44,122 bases of DNA, from NCBI GenBank assembly GCA_001918765.1, contig MNGO01000035.1, positions 1 through 44,122 of the forward strand. The letters run 5' to 3'. Origin of the DNA: Crenarchaeota archaeon 13_1_40CM_3_52_10. GTDB taxonomy: Archaea; Thermoproteota; Bathyarchaeia; 40CM-2-53-6. A program made the position numbers and the translations under genes. The number at the start of each line of letters is the position of its first letter. Within the stretch, counting starts at the first letter, position 1. This document shows positions 1 to 7,985 of the stretch, piece after piece. The notes under the pieces are model-generated. The model was not told where the DNA came from. It made no database searches and saw only the letters and a list, made by a program, of their open reading frames with translations.

Positions 1-828
1 GCCATCGTTGAGTTCACCGGAGGCTTTCTAGGCCAGAGTCTTGCATTGGTCAGCGATTCAGGCCACGTACTAACAGATGTGTTGGCGGTCGGGGTGGGCA
101 TCCTCACACTGAGATTGGGACGGAAGCCTCATACTGCAAGACGGACCTTCGGTTACCATAGAGCCGAGATATTCGCGGCCCTGATCAACGGCTCAGTCCT
201 GATAGGCGCGGCCTTTCTGATAATTTTCGAGGCCTACCTGAGACTTCGTCAGCCTCCAACTGTCCAGGGACCACTAGTTCTCGCAATAGCATCAATCGGT
301 CTCCTGGGAAACCTCACCAGCGCAGGGCTGTTGTCCCGCTCGAGACGAACCAACCTCAATGTCAAAGGCGTGTTCCTCCACACAGTCGGAGACGTCCTCT
401 CGTCTCTAGCCGTGATCGTCAGCAGCCTCATCGTAATATTCTCCGGCTACCTTGTAATCGACCCACTCGCGGCCGCCGTCATCGGTGTCCTGATCATGCG
501 GAGCGCTTATACACTCGTCAGAGACTCGACAAACATTCTTCTCGAAGCCACTCCCCGACAAATGCAGCTTGAGACAATTGCCAAGACAATTGGTAGCGTT
601 GACGGGGTGAAGGGAGTCCACGACCTCCACGTCTGGACGATTACCTCTGGTCTCTACGCTCTCAGCGGACACATCACCGTAGACACTGACAGCATCAGTC
701 AAGGCTCAACCATCGTGGAGCATATAGAAGCCAAGCTAAAGGAATCCTTCGGGATAGAACACGTTACCCTTCAAGTCGAGAAAGAGACGCTAGAGAATAT
801 TCAGGAACACGAATCGTCTACGATTTGA
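1..828 (+). CDS. Cation diffusion facilitator (CDF) family metal efflux transporter, 5' end cut by window edge
   Basis: The frame is open from nt 1, and the track 'M' at 46 is an internal TTG (Leu). AIVEFTGGFLGQSLALVSDSGHVLTDV carries the CDF TM2 metal-site motif. FLHTVGDVLSS is the TM5 HxxxD motif. The C-terminal cytoplasmic domain contains VHDLHVWTITSG. Confidence 0.9.
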   Translation, partial: AIVEFTGGFLGQSLALVSDSGHVLTDVLAVGVGILTLRLGRKPHTARRTFGYHRAEIFAALINGSVLIGAAFLIIFEAYLRLRQPPTVQGPLVLAIASIGLLGNLTSAGLLSRSRRTNLNVKGVFLHTVGDVLSSLAVIVSSLIVIFSGYLVIDPLAAAVIGVLIMRSAYTLVRDSTNILLEATPRQMQLETIAKTIGSVDGVKGVHDLHVWTITSGLYALSGHITVDTDSISQGSTIVEHIEAKLKESFGIEHVTLQVEKETLENIQEHESSTI

Positions 829-853
829 ACGATCTCCATTGACCTTCCAGAAA

Positions 854-1708
854 TCAATCGGATTGTGGCTTTCGAGGGACAGCTAGCGCGTTCAGCTCAT
901 CAAATGTTATCGCACCCTCAACTAGATTCTCGTAGGTTCCTTTCTCAAGCACTTCTTTGGCAGCTCGTTTCAAGAGACCCATCGCGGCATACGATGGGCT
1001 GGGACCGAAGCTCACTCGGGCGACGCCGAGTCTCTGTAGCTCACTCACTGGCGGGAGACCCTTTCTGACCATGACATTGATCGGAAAATCCAGTGCCTTT
1101 ACGAATCTCGCGATGGAAGCCGCATCGATGAGACCCATTGGGTAGACGCAATCAGCCCCGGCGTCCCTATAGGCGGTGGCTCGACGAATCGCCTCTTTGA
1201 CCCGTGCCTCTTCGTCACCCTCTGCAAATCTCAGCGCGTCCGTTCGAGCATTGATCACAAGCGGAACTCCTGTCGTCTCGCCTAGCTTTCTGATAGCCTT
1301 GACATTCTCGATCTGTCTCTCGACCGGGTAGAGCTTCTTCGTCGCATGGATGAAATCTTCGATGTTTACTCCGATGGCTCCAGCTTTGAGAATCGCTTTG
1401 ACTGTCGCCAATACTTCTTTTGTGGTCTTTCCAAAGCCAGCGACAATGTCGGCAGAAAGTGGAACGGACAAGACCCTTGCGATTCTTCCAACAGCCGAGA
1501 CAAACTCTTCTCTAGCGATTACCTCGCCATCAGGATAGCCCAAGGATACTATCATGCCCGCGCTGGATGTCGCGACTGCAGGGAACCCCGCATCCTCAAA
1601 CACCCTTGCGCTCGGGACATCCCATCCGTTCGGAAGGATCAAGATCCGCTTCCCTCGATGAAGCGCACGAAAATCCTCCGCCTTCTCCTTCTGAGGTTTC
1701 AAAGGCAT
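854..1708 (-). CDS. Isocitrate lyase / PEP mutase superfamily enzyme (2-methylisocitrate lyase or carboxyvinyl-carboxyphosphonate phosphorylmutase-like)
   Basis: The ORF is 284 aa. ILPNGWDVPSARVFEDAGFPAVATSSAG and GVNIEDF are typical ICL/PEPM barrel motifs. ATG at 1708, TGA stop. Confidence 0.8.
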   Translation of the reverse strand: MPLKPQKEKAEDFRALHRGKRILILPNGWDVPSARVFEDAGFPAVATSSAGMIVSLGYPDGEVIAREEFVSAVGRIARVLSVPLSADIVAGFGKTTKEVLATVKAILKAGAIGVNIEDFIHATKKLYPVERQIENVKAIRKLGETTGVPLVINARTDALRFAEGDEEARVKEAIRRATAYRDAGADCVYPMGLIDAASIARFVKALDFPINVMVRKGLPPVSELQRLGVARVSFGPSPSYAAMGLLKRAAKEVLEKGTYENLVEGAITFDELNALAVPRKPQSD

Positions 1709-1731
1709 CTGCGATCACCCTTGTGCTATGT

Positions 1732-2676
1732 CTAATTCGTCTCAATAATTCTCTTGCCTAGAGCCAGTTGTTTGGGAACGATGCTCACAGCTTCCGGATG
1801 AGGGTTCTCTGGAAACAGCTCCGGATGTATTATGTGAGCTAGGATCTCGAGCCCGTCTACCACCCTGGGACCTGACCTGCTGAAATACGCGGACGCGTTG
1901 ACCGCATAGATTCTCGAGGACTGGAATGCGGGGATTTTCTCCCATCCTTGGTACGATGACAGCACGTGCGCCTCTTCCATGACCTGGTTTGCATCGAACC
2001 CGCAAGGAGACAGGATGATTATCTCTGGCTTGTACTCAACAACTTCGTCCCATCCTAATCTGTAAGAAGGCTTGCCGAGACGGCCAAGCCCGTCAAATCC
2101 TCCAGCGTAATCGACCATCTCGGGAATCCAGTGTCCCCCAGTCCAAGGAGGTTCGAGCCATTCCATGAAGAAGACCCGCGGCCTATGTAGTTCAGTCTGC
2201 GTTTTGTCCTTCACCATGTTTATTCTTTGAAGCATCTGCTGAGCTAGTTTCTCAGCTTCTCCCAGCTTGCCCGTCATCCTGCCAACCAGCATGATGTTGT
2301 CGACAATCTCTTCCAGATTCGTCGGTTCTAACGAGACGATTTTCGTATCTGCATCCAAGACGCTAGCGGCTTCCTTGACCTTTGTATAGGAAACAGCACA
2401 AACATGGCAGAGCTCTTGGGTCAGAATAAGATCCGGCTTCAGTTTCTCCAGAAGTTTCTCGTCAATCTCGTAAATGTCGCCTCCCCGTTCCTCAACTTCC
2501 AGGTCAACCTCAAGGCTTCTGTGGATCTTCTGGTGGATCGCTGACTTCGTCAAAACAGGCCGGCTAGAAGCCTCAGAAGGATAATCGCATTCATGCGATA
2601 CTGCGACAACCTGGCCCCCAAGGCCGAGAGCGAATGCAATCTCCGTGGCGCTGGGAAGTAGAGAACAGATTCTCAT
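1732..2676 (-). CDS. BtuF/FepB-like (TroA-fold) cobalamin/siderophore-type binding protein lacking any signal peptide
   Basis: The ORF is 314 aa. The N-terminus MRICSLLPSATEIAFALGLGGQVVAVSHECDYP begins directly at the motif that is the mature N-terminus of periplasmic BtuF-type proteins. There is no signal peptide or lipobox. Confidence 0.7.
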   Translation of the reverse strand: MRICSLLPSATEIAFALGLGGQVVAVSHECDYPSEASSRPVLTKSAIHQKIHRSLEVDLEVEERGGDIYEIDEKLLEKLKPDLILTQELCHVCAVSYTKVKEAASVLDADTKIVSLEPTNLEEIVDNIMLVGRMTGKLGEAEKLAQQMLQRINMVKDKTQTELHRPRVFFMEWLEPPWTGGHWIPEMVDYAGGFDGLGRLGKPSYRLGWDEVVEYKPEIIILSPCGFDANQVMEEAHVLSSYQGWEKIPAFQSSRIYAVNASAYFSRSGPRVVDGLEILAHIIHPELFPENPHPEAVSIVPKQLALGKRIIETN

Positions 2677-2728
2677 TTTGTGCCTTGCAGCTCGCCTAGT
2701 TGCACTAGAGAAAGGATATATTTAACGG

Positions 2729-2747
2729 GCGGGTAACTTTGCCCGCT
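2729..2747. promoter_or_regulatory. 19-nt dyad motif GCGGGTAACTTTGCCCGCT, copy 1 (operator or RNA hairpin)
   Basis: It is identical to 5573-5591. It lies 4 nt downstream of an A/T-rich TATA-like box (GGATATATTTAA, 2714-2725) and 8 nt upstream of ATG 2755. GCGGG..CCCGC arms can form a 6-bp stem with a hexaloop. Confidence 0.5.
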
Positions 2748-2754
2748 TCTTCGC

Positions 2755-3360
2755 ATGACCAGCACCCCTACTGCGGCTTCCGTCCTCGATAGGCGATCTA
2801 CCAAAGTCATGATCACAGCCGTCTTCTCCGCTCTGGCACTCGCAACCAACTATGCGCTGATTGGCATCCCAAACGTCAAGATAATGGACACCCTGGTCTT
2901 TATCGCCGCTTTCTTCTTCGGTCTTCGACTCGGAATCGGAATCGCCCTGTCTGTCTGGCTAGTTTACGGATTCGTAAACCCCAACGGCGTGGACACTTTC
3001 CTCATGTTATCATTCCTGATGGTCGGAGAGTGCTTTTATGCCCTTGCGGGTGTAGCTCTCAAGAAAAGCTTCGTTGCCCGAGATATTGTGAGAGGAACGA
3101 AGGAGTATCAACGGGTAAGCATCGTATTCGGACTTGTCGGGCTTCTATCGACGTTTGCTTATGATGCACTTACGAACTTTGGCAGCTGGATTTTCAGAAC
3201 AGGTTCTCTTTACCAGGATTTTGTCTTCGGCAATATTATTGGCGTGCCTTTTTCCGTTGCACATGAAGCCAGCAACGTCGTTTTCTTCGCAACCGTTGCC
3301 CCTGCCATAGTCGTCGCGGCGACGCGCCTCGGTCTTAGAACTCGACCGGATGTGCCCTAG
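2755..3360 (+). CDS. Polytopic membrane protein, ECF-transporter S-component-like
   Basis: The ORF is 201 aa with about 6 hydrophobic helices. RRSTKVMITAVFSALALATNYALIGIPNVKIMDTLVFIAAFFFG resembles the N-terminal pattern of ECF S-components. This assignment is by eye only. Confidence 0.45.
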   Translation: MTSTPTAASVLDRRSTKVMITAVFSALALATNYALIGIPNVKIMDTLVFIAAFFFGLRLGIGIALSVWLVYGFVNPNGVDTFLMLSFLMVGECFYALAGVALKKSFVARDIVRGTKEYQRVSIVFGLVGLLSTFAYDALTNFGSWIFRTGSLYQDFVFGNIIGVPFSVAHEASNVVFFATVAPAIVVAATRLGLRTRPDVP

Positions 3361-3883
3361 ACTGGGGCTCTACATCATCGGGGAACACAAAGCGTTCCTC
3401 GCCGTCCTCATTCTGATTGGAGCGGGTATCGTGGCGTTCCAAACAGGCGCGTATTATTACTATCAGAAATCAACCAGCGCCTGCTCAACTCCCTGCCTGG
3501 GACCTACTGTCAAAGTCGAGACCCTGATAAACTATGGAAACACGACTAGCCAATGGATCAACAAGACCGATGTACCCTTCGATTGGAATTTCTATCAACT
3601 GACAACATCTATCTCGCGAGTCCAGGCCACTTACTACGGCCCTCCAACGTCCGAACACTTGATCACTTCGATAAACGGGGTCCAGAGCAAGGGGCAGTAC
3701 TTCTGGAGCTTGTGGGCTATATGCGAGAAATCTGACGCATGGATAGCCACCAGCGTTGGTGCCGATGCGCTTCACTTTACAACCTATCATACATTCGCTT
3801 GGTACTACCAAGCCGCAAACTCGCAAGACTCGTCCAATTGGAAATCACCAGTCCCTGGGGCCGCTAAAGTAACCATGTGTTAG
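3350..3883 (+). CDS. Membrane-anchored DUF4430 / transcobalamin-like C-terminal (beta) domain protein
   Basis: The ORF is 177 aa and overlaps the upstream gene by 11 nt. It has an N-terminal TM anchor (FLAVLILIGAGIVAF). The pattern VKVETLINYG...LITSINGVQSKGQYFWSLW...GADALHFTTYHTFAWYY follows the DUF4430 consensus (..I.G......W.......ga......D...w.y). Confidence 0.5.
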   Translation: MCPRLGLYIIGEHKAFLAVLILIGAGIVAFQTGAYYYYQKSTSACSTPCLGPTVKVETLINYGNTTSQWINKTDVPFDWNFYQLTTSISRVQATYYGPPTSEHLITSINGVQSKGQYFWSLWAICEKSDAWIATSVGADALHFTTYHTFAWYYQAANSQDSSNWKSPVPGAAKVTMC

Positions 3884-3886
3884 GAT

Positions 3887-5512
3887 TCAGGCTTTACCGT
3901 CAACTCTATCCTGCCCTACCCTTTCGCTCGTTCGGCGGCCTGGTGCTCCATAGCCACCGCCACCTGGCGTTATCACAGTCAGAACGTCACCACCATTTGC
4001 ACTAAGAGTTGTCTTCGAAGACAAACCGGTGATCCTGTTTCCTCGCACGATTGCGTATGCGCCTGGCGATCCCGATTTTCCTCTAGACAATCCCCAAGGT
4101 CGGTGGCGTTGTCGCTCGCCCATTAGTGAGATGGTAGATCTTTCAGCCAACACCTCTGTGTCTCTCCTGATGCCTAGTCCTCCTCGGAACTTTCCTCGTC
4201 CACCGGAGCCTCGTACCAGCTCGTACTTCTTGACCCTCAGGGGATATGCTGATTCCAGTGCTTCTATGGGGGTGTTCAATGTATTCGTCATGTGACTATG
4301 AATTCCGTCAACACCATCTTTGCTGTAACGCGCACCGAATCCGCCGGCGATGGTCTCATAGTAGGTGAAGTATTTCCCGGTCCGCGGGTCAATTCCTCCG
4401 ATGGTTACGTTGTTCATTGTTCCTTGACAAGCAGCACATACTCTCTCTGGAATGATACTAGAGAAGGCCTTGAGGGTCACGTCAACAATTCGCGTCGACG
4501 TTTCCACGTTTCCACCTGCCACTGGCGCAGGCGGCTCCGCGTTGACAATGGTCCCGGATGGTGCTGTAACCTGTATGGGTTTGAAGCAGCCCGCGTTTGC
4601 TGGAATCGAGGGATCCGTCACACATCTTACCACGTAGTAGACGGCTGAGAGAGTGACGCTGTAAACGGCGTTCAAGGGTCCCTGAACCTGTTTCGCAGAA
4701 CCGGAAAACTCGAACGCTATGGATTGTTGATTAATTGTGACCTTGACCCTGACCGGGATATCGGTCGCACCAAAACCATCGTCGTCGAGATAGTCAACCG
4801 CTGATGATGACTTCCTCGGCAGTTCACGAATCTTCTTGAGCATCAGCTCCTCGGAGTAGTCGATCAATTGATCCATCCCACTCTCAACTGTTGAAGCTCT
4901 CGATTTCTTCAGTAACTCTCCCAAACGTTTCGCGCCGACAAGATTCGCGGCCCGTTGCGCTCTGAGGTCTCCCAGTCTCTCATCAGGGGTCCGGACATTG
5001 GACAGTACAAAGTCCAGGATTTGCCGGTTCGGTTTGCCCCCCGTCCAGATCTTGATAGGAGTAATACGGATTCCTTCCTGATTAACGTCTCTCGATAGCG
5101 CGGACATGCTCCCTGGCGCGACGCCTCCGACATCAGAGTGGTGAGCGCGGTTAGCCGCAAACCCAACCAACTTTTCCTTGAAGAACATCGGAGAGACCAT
5201 GGTAATGTCGGGGAGATGTGTCCCACCCCGGTATGGATCGTTGATGATGATGTCGTCACCTTCAGCTAGATCATCTTTGAACTCTTTCTGAACCGCCTGC
5301 ACTGAGTGTGGCATAGCGCCGAGATGGACTGGAATGTGCTCTGCTTGAGCGACTAGCTGTCCCGACTTGTTGAAGAGAGCGCAGGAGTAATCTCGCCTCT
5401 CCTTGATGTTGGGAGAGAAGCTCGATTTTCGGAGAACCACTCCCATATCTTCCGCAATGGAGATGAGTGAGTTCTTGAGAATCTCGAATGATATTGGGTC
5501 AAGATTCTCCAT
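3887..5512 (-). CDS. hyuB: Hydantoinase B / oxoprolinase family protein
   Basis: The ORF is 541 aa. It has the typical N-terminus DPISFEILKNSLISIAEDMG, and length and composition match HyuB/OplB-type subunits. Confidence 0.9.
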   Translation of the reverse strand: MENLDPISFEILKNSLISIAEDMGVVLRKSSFSPNIKERRDYSCALFNKSGQLVAQAEHIPVHLGAMPHSVQAVQKEFKDDLAEGDDIIINDPYRGGTHLPDITMVSPMFFKEKLVGFAANRAHHSDVGGVAPGSMSALSRDVNQEGIRITPIKIWTGGKPNRQILDFVLSNVRTPDERLGDLRAQRAANLVGAKRLGELLKKSRASTVESGMDQLIDYSEELMLKKIRELPRKSSSAVDYLDDDGFGATDIPVRVKVTINQQSIAFEFSGSAKQVQGPLNAVYSVTLSAVYYVVRCVTDPSIPANAGCFKPIQVTAPSGTIVNAEPPAPVAGGNVETSTRIVDVTLKAFSSIIPERVCAACQGTMNNVTIGGIDPRTGKYFTYYETIAGGFGARYSKDGVDGIHSHMTNTLNTPIEALESAYPLRVKKYELVRGSGGRGKFRGGLGIRRDTEVLAERSTISLMGERQRHRPWGLSRGKSGSPGAYAIVRGNRITGLSSKTTLSANGGDVLTVITPGGGGYGAPGRRTSERVGQDRVDGKA

Positions 5513-5552
5513 TGCGAGCCCTGATTCCCGGGTTCTGCCTCGTTGAGCTTAT

Positions 5553-6986
5553 ATGGAGGCATTGCTTTTTGAGCGGGTAACTTTGCCCGCTCCAAGAACC
5601 CTTGCAGTGCTGACCCTATTCATTGTTCTATCATCCCCAGCATTCACGCTTCCTGGCCATCACACTCCGCCTACTAGTCAGCCTACCGTACGATTGGCTC
5701 CTTCTTCCCTTTCATCGGCGATAAGTTCAGCGCTTGTATGGTTGGCTCATAACCAGTCTGTCGATGGCTCGTATGGAGCGTTCCAGGAGCACTTGGCCGC
5801 GGCCGCAGCTTATGCTCTCTGGCTCAACAGTTCGGACTCTCCAAAAGCAGCTCAATCCTACACATGGTTAGCTCATCAACTGAACAGTTCTCAAACATGG
5901 TTCTGGGGACAGTACGGAGAGGCTGATGTTCCGGGATCAGTACTGTTCAGTCTAGCTCTGAGCTCGAACCTGCGTCTCGTCAACACAACGATCGTTGCTA
6001 GCAATCTTCTACAGTTACAGAAGGCCGACAGTGGATTTGAGGGATACTACGATGGCTCCCAGACCGTTGCTAGCAGTGTCGACACGGACACAGCTCTCTT
6101 GGGACTCATCAATTCGAGAACGATTTCTGTTTCGAGTCAAACCAATGCGATCAACTTTGTTCTCTCGCTTCAGAATCCAAACGGTAGCTTCAATCTGACG
6201 AGTAGCAAACCGTTCGATCCATTCTATTCACTTGGGCCGGATTCAATTAGCATTACTGCATTGACGCTTCTCGTCTTGAAGAGCGCAGGGTTTGTGCATG
6301 ACAGTCCAAGTGTTTCGAGCGCTCTGAGCTTTCTGAATGCAGCGGCCTCTTCGGACTTTGGCGGACATGTATACGCTGCAGCCCTCTCCGCGCTAGCACT
6401 CAAGGCCTTCAACAAACCTGCTAACATAGTTACGGCAGTTACATACATCCTTTCTCAACAGAACGGCGATGGAGGGTTTAGCGATAGTAGTCGTTCTTCG
6501 CCTTCTAAATCGAATGCGCTTGATACAGGATTGGTTGCCGTGGCTCTCGAAGAAAATCCAGTCCTATCTGTAAACAGTCCTCCGACGGCCGCTCTCGTCT
6601 ATGATCCTGCTTCACCAAACGTGGGGGTAACGGTTCATTTCGACGCGAGTTCATCGCACGACTCCGATGGTGATCAGCTCTCGTATCTGTGGACCTTTGG
6701 TGACGGTTCTTCAGCTACAGGCTCGACCCCAAGTCACACTTATTCTCAGCCAGGCAATTTTAGCATCACCCTAACCGCGACGGATTCAGGCACGAACCCA
6801 GCGGCTCTATCTAATACCAAATCGCAAACCGTGACAGTGCAACCTGCGAATGTTCAGAATAACTCCAGGCTACCGTTCAGTGGCGTGGGACGGCTAATCG
6901 CCTTGGGGATCGTCGCGCTAGTCCTAGTCGTCGGAGCCGCCGTCTATCTGGTCCTGAAAAGGGCTAGAAGACCGGCGATGCGCTAG
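5553..6986 (+). CDS. Secreted/surface protein: prenyltransferase/terpene-cyclase-like alpha/alpha-toroid repeats + PKD domain + C-terminal TM anchor
   Basis: The ORF is 477 aa with a signal-like N-terminus (RTLAVLTLFIVLSSPAFTLPG). It has repeated 'Q.(S/P)DG(S/G)(Y/F)' helical-hairpin repeats (HNQSVDGSYG, LQKADSGFEG, LQNPNGSFN, QQNGDGGFS). The PKD domain is VHFDASSSHDSDGDQLSYLWTFGDGSSATGSTPSHTYSQPGNFSITLTATD. The C-terminal anchor is LIALGIVALVLVVGAAVYLVLKRARR. Confidence 0.75.
   Translation: MEALLFERVTLPAPRTLAVLTLFIVLSSPAFTLPGHHTPPTSQPTVRLAPSSLSSAISSALVWLAHNQSVDGSYGAFQEHLAAAAAYALWLNSSDSPKAAQSYTWLAHQLNSSQTWFWGQYGEADVPGSVLFSLALSSNLRLVNTTIVASNLLQLQKADSGFEGYYDGSQTVASSVDTDTALLGLINSRTISVSSQTNAINFVLSLQNPNGSFNLTSSKPFDPFYSLGPDSISITALTLLVLKSAGFVHDSPSVSSALSFLNAAASSDFGGHVYAAALSALALKAFNKPANIVTAVTYILSQQNGDGGFSDSSRSSPSKSNALDTGLVAVALEENPVLSVNSPPTAALVYDPASPNVGVTVHFDASSSHDSDGDQLSYLWTFGDGSSATGSTPSHTYSQPGNFSITLTATDSGTNPAALSNTKSQTVTVQPANVQNNSRLPFSGVGRLIALGIVALVLVVGAAVYLVLKRARRPAMR
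5573..5591. promoter_or_regulatory. 19-nt dyad motif GCGGGTAACTTTGCCCGCT, copy 2
   Basis: It is identical to 2729-2747. It lies 18 nt after a TATAT (5550-5554), inside codons 7-13 if ATG 5553 is the real start, or 16 nt upstream of the alternative in-frame GTG 5607. Confidence 0.5.
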
Positions 6987-7030
6987 ATGGCGAAACCGAT
7001 TCTACCTATTAGAGTATGAAATGGAAAATT

Positions 7031-7305
7031 CCAAAATCGCCCAATATCAGCCCTGATCTCGATTCTGAGACATGCGCAATATTTCGCCCTAGAATCGTTC
7101 GGGAATGGCTGACGATCTCCCGACGATTTGCCCTGCCTTCAACGCCGTATCATGCCCTGAATCGCGAGACTCGCCCATTATCCCTGCCAGACGGGAAATC
7201 TCCCTTGGACGAGGGAGGGTCTTAGCGATCGCGTCTCGCGACGCAAGAGTGGTTTCTCCGGGGCTTTCCAAACCCATCGTTTCCTCGCGTAAGAAACGTA
7301 AAGAC
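7031..7305 (-). repeat. Non-coding paralogous element, copy A (minus orientation)
   Basis: The reverse complement aligns collinearly with 20580-20836. Conserved blocks are 7238-7260 vs 20604-20626 (22/23), 7153-7200 vs 20667-20714 (40/48), 7084-7099 vs 20768-20783 (15/16) and 7031-7071 vs 20796-20836 (34/41). No convincing ORF is present. Confidence 0.7.
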
Positions 7306-7393
7306 GAGTATTCTGAAAGGTCCCGAAAAATGGGGCTTTGGATTTCCAGAGCCCTGAGGCCCTGGTTTCTTTTCTTTGGCTAGCTCGTACAGT

Positions 7394-7885
7394 TTAGTTG
7401 TTGGTGGCGTGCTTGGTGGCCGGTGAGCCATCGAGCGCGTGAACCAGGTTGACGACAACTCGCAGCGTTGGAAGCAGGGCGATCAAGAGGAATATCAATG
7501 GATAAGCCCAAGGCGCGCTGGTAAAGTACTGGCTGGCAATACCGTTGCTTACGCTGTAGAGTATGACGATGGCGATGATCTGGAAGATGTACGCTAGCAA
7601 CGGAACCCAAGTCTGGTAGTTCTTGTACGCGTCCGAGACCGCCTTCGAGAGCTGCGTTCCGAACTTGAAGACGATGAAAGCAACGACAAGCCCGATCATG
7701 AACACTACAATGTTCGCGATCGAAATGGTACTGCCTGTGATATTCTGGCTGATCCCTGGAAAGCCGAGCACAACCGCCTCGATAATCACCAGTACAATAA
7801 CGCCCGCTATCAACCGTATGAATGCTGGCATGACTGGAGTAAATGCTCCCCACGTGCTGTTCGAGCCGCTTGATGTATTGGTCAT
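7394..7885 (-). CDS. Small polytopic membrane protein, unknown function
   Basis: The track ORF runs to 8026, but its first 47 codons overlap the hyuA 3' end and are W/R-rich. ATG 7885 (MTNTSSGSNSTWGAF...) precedes 4 clear hydrophobic helices. Confidence 0.6.
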   Translation of the reverse strand: MTNTSSGSNSTWGAFTPVMPAFIRLIAGVIVLVIIEAVVLGFPGISQNITGSTISIANIVVFMIGLVVAFIVFKFGTQLSKAVSDAYKNYQTWVPLLAYIFQIIAIVILYSVSNGIASQYFTSAPWAYPLIFLLIALLPTLRVVVNLVHALDGSPATKHATNN

Positions 7886-7985
7886 ATTTTCTTCACTGTT
7901 AGAGCAACTTACCAAGTGTAATCCGATATTGCCTTGTTGAAACCAGCACCACCAGACACGAGTAACAGCCCTCTTCATCCGAGCG

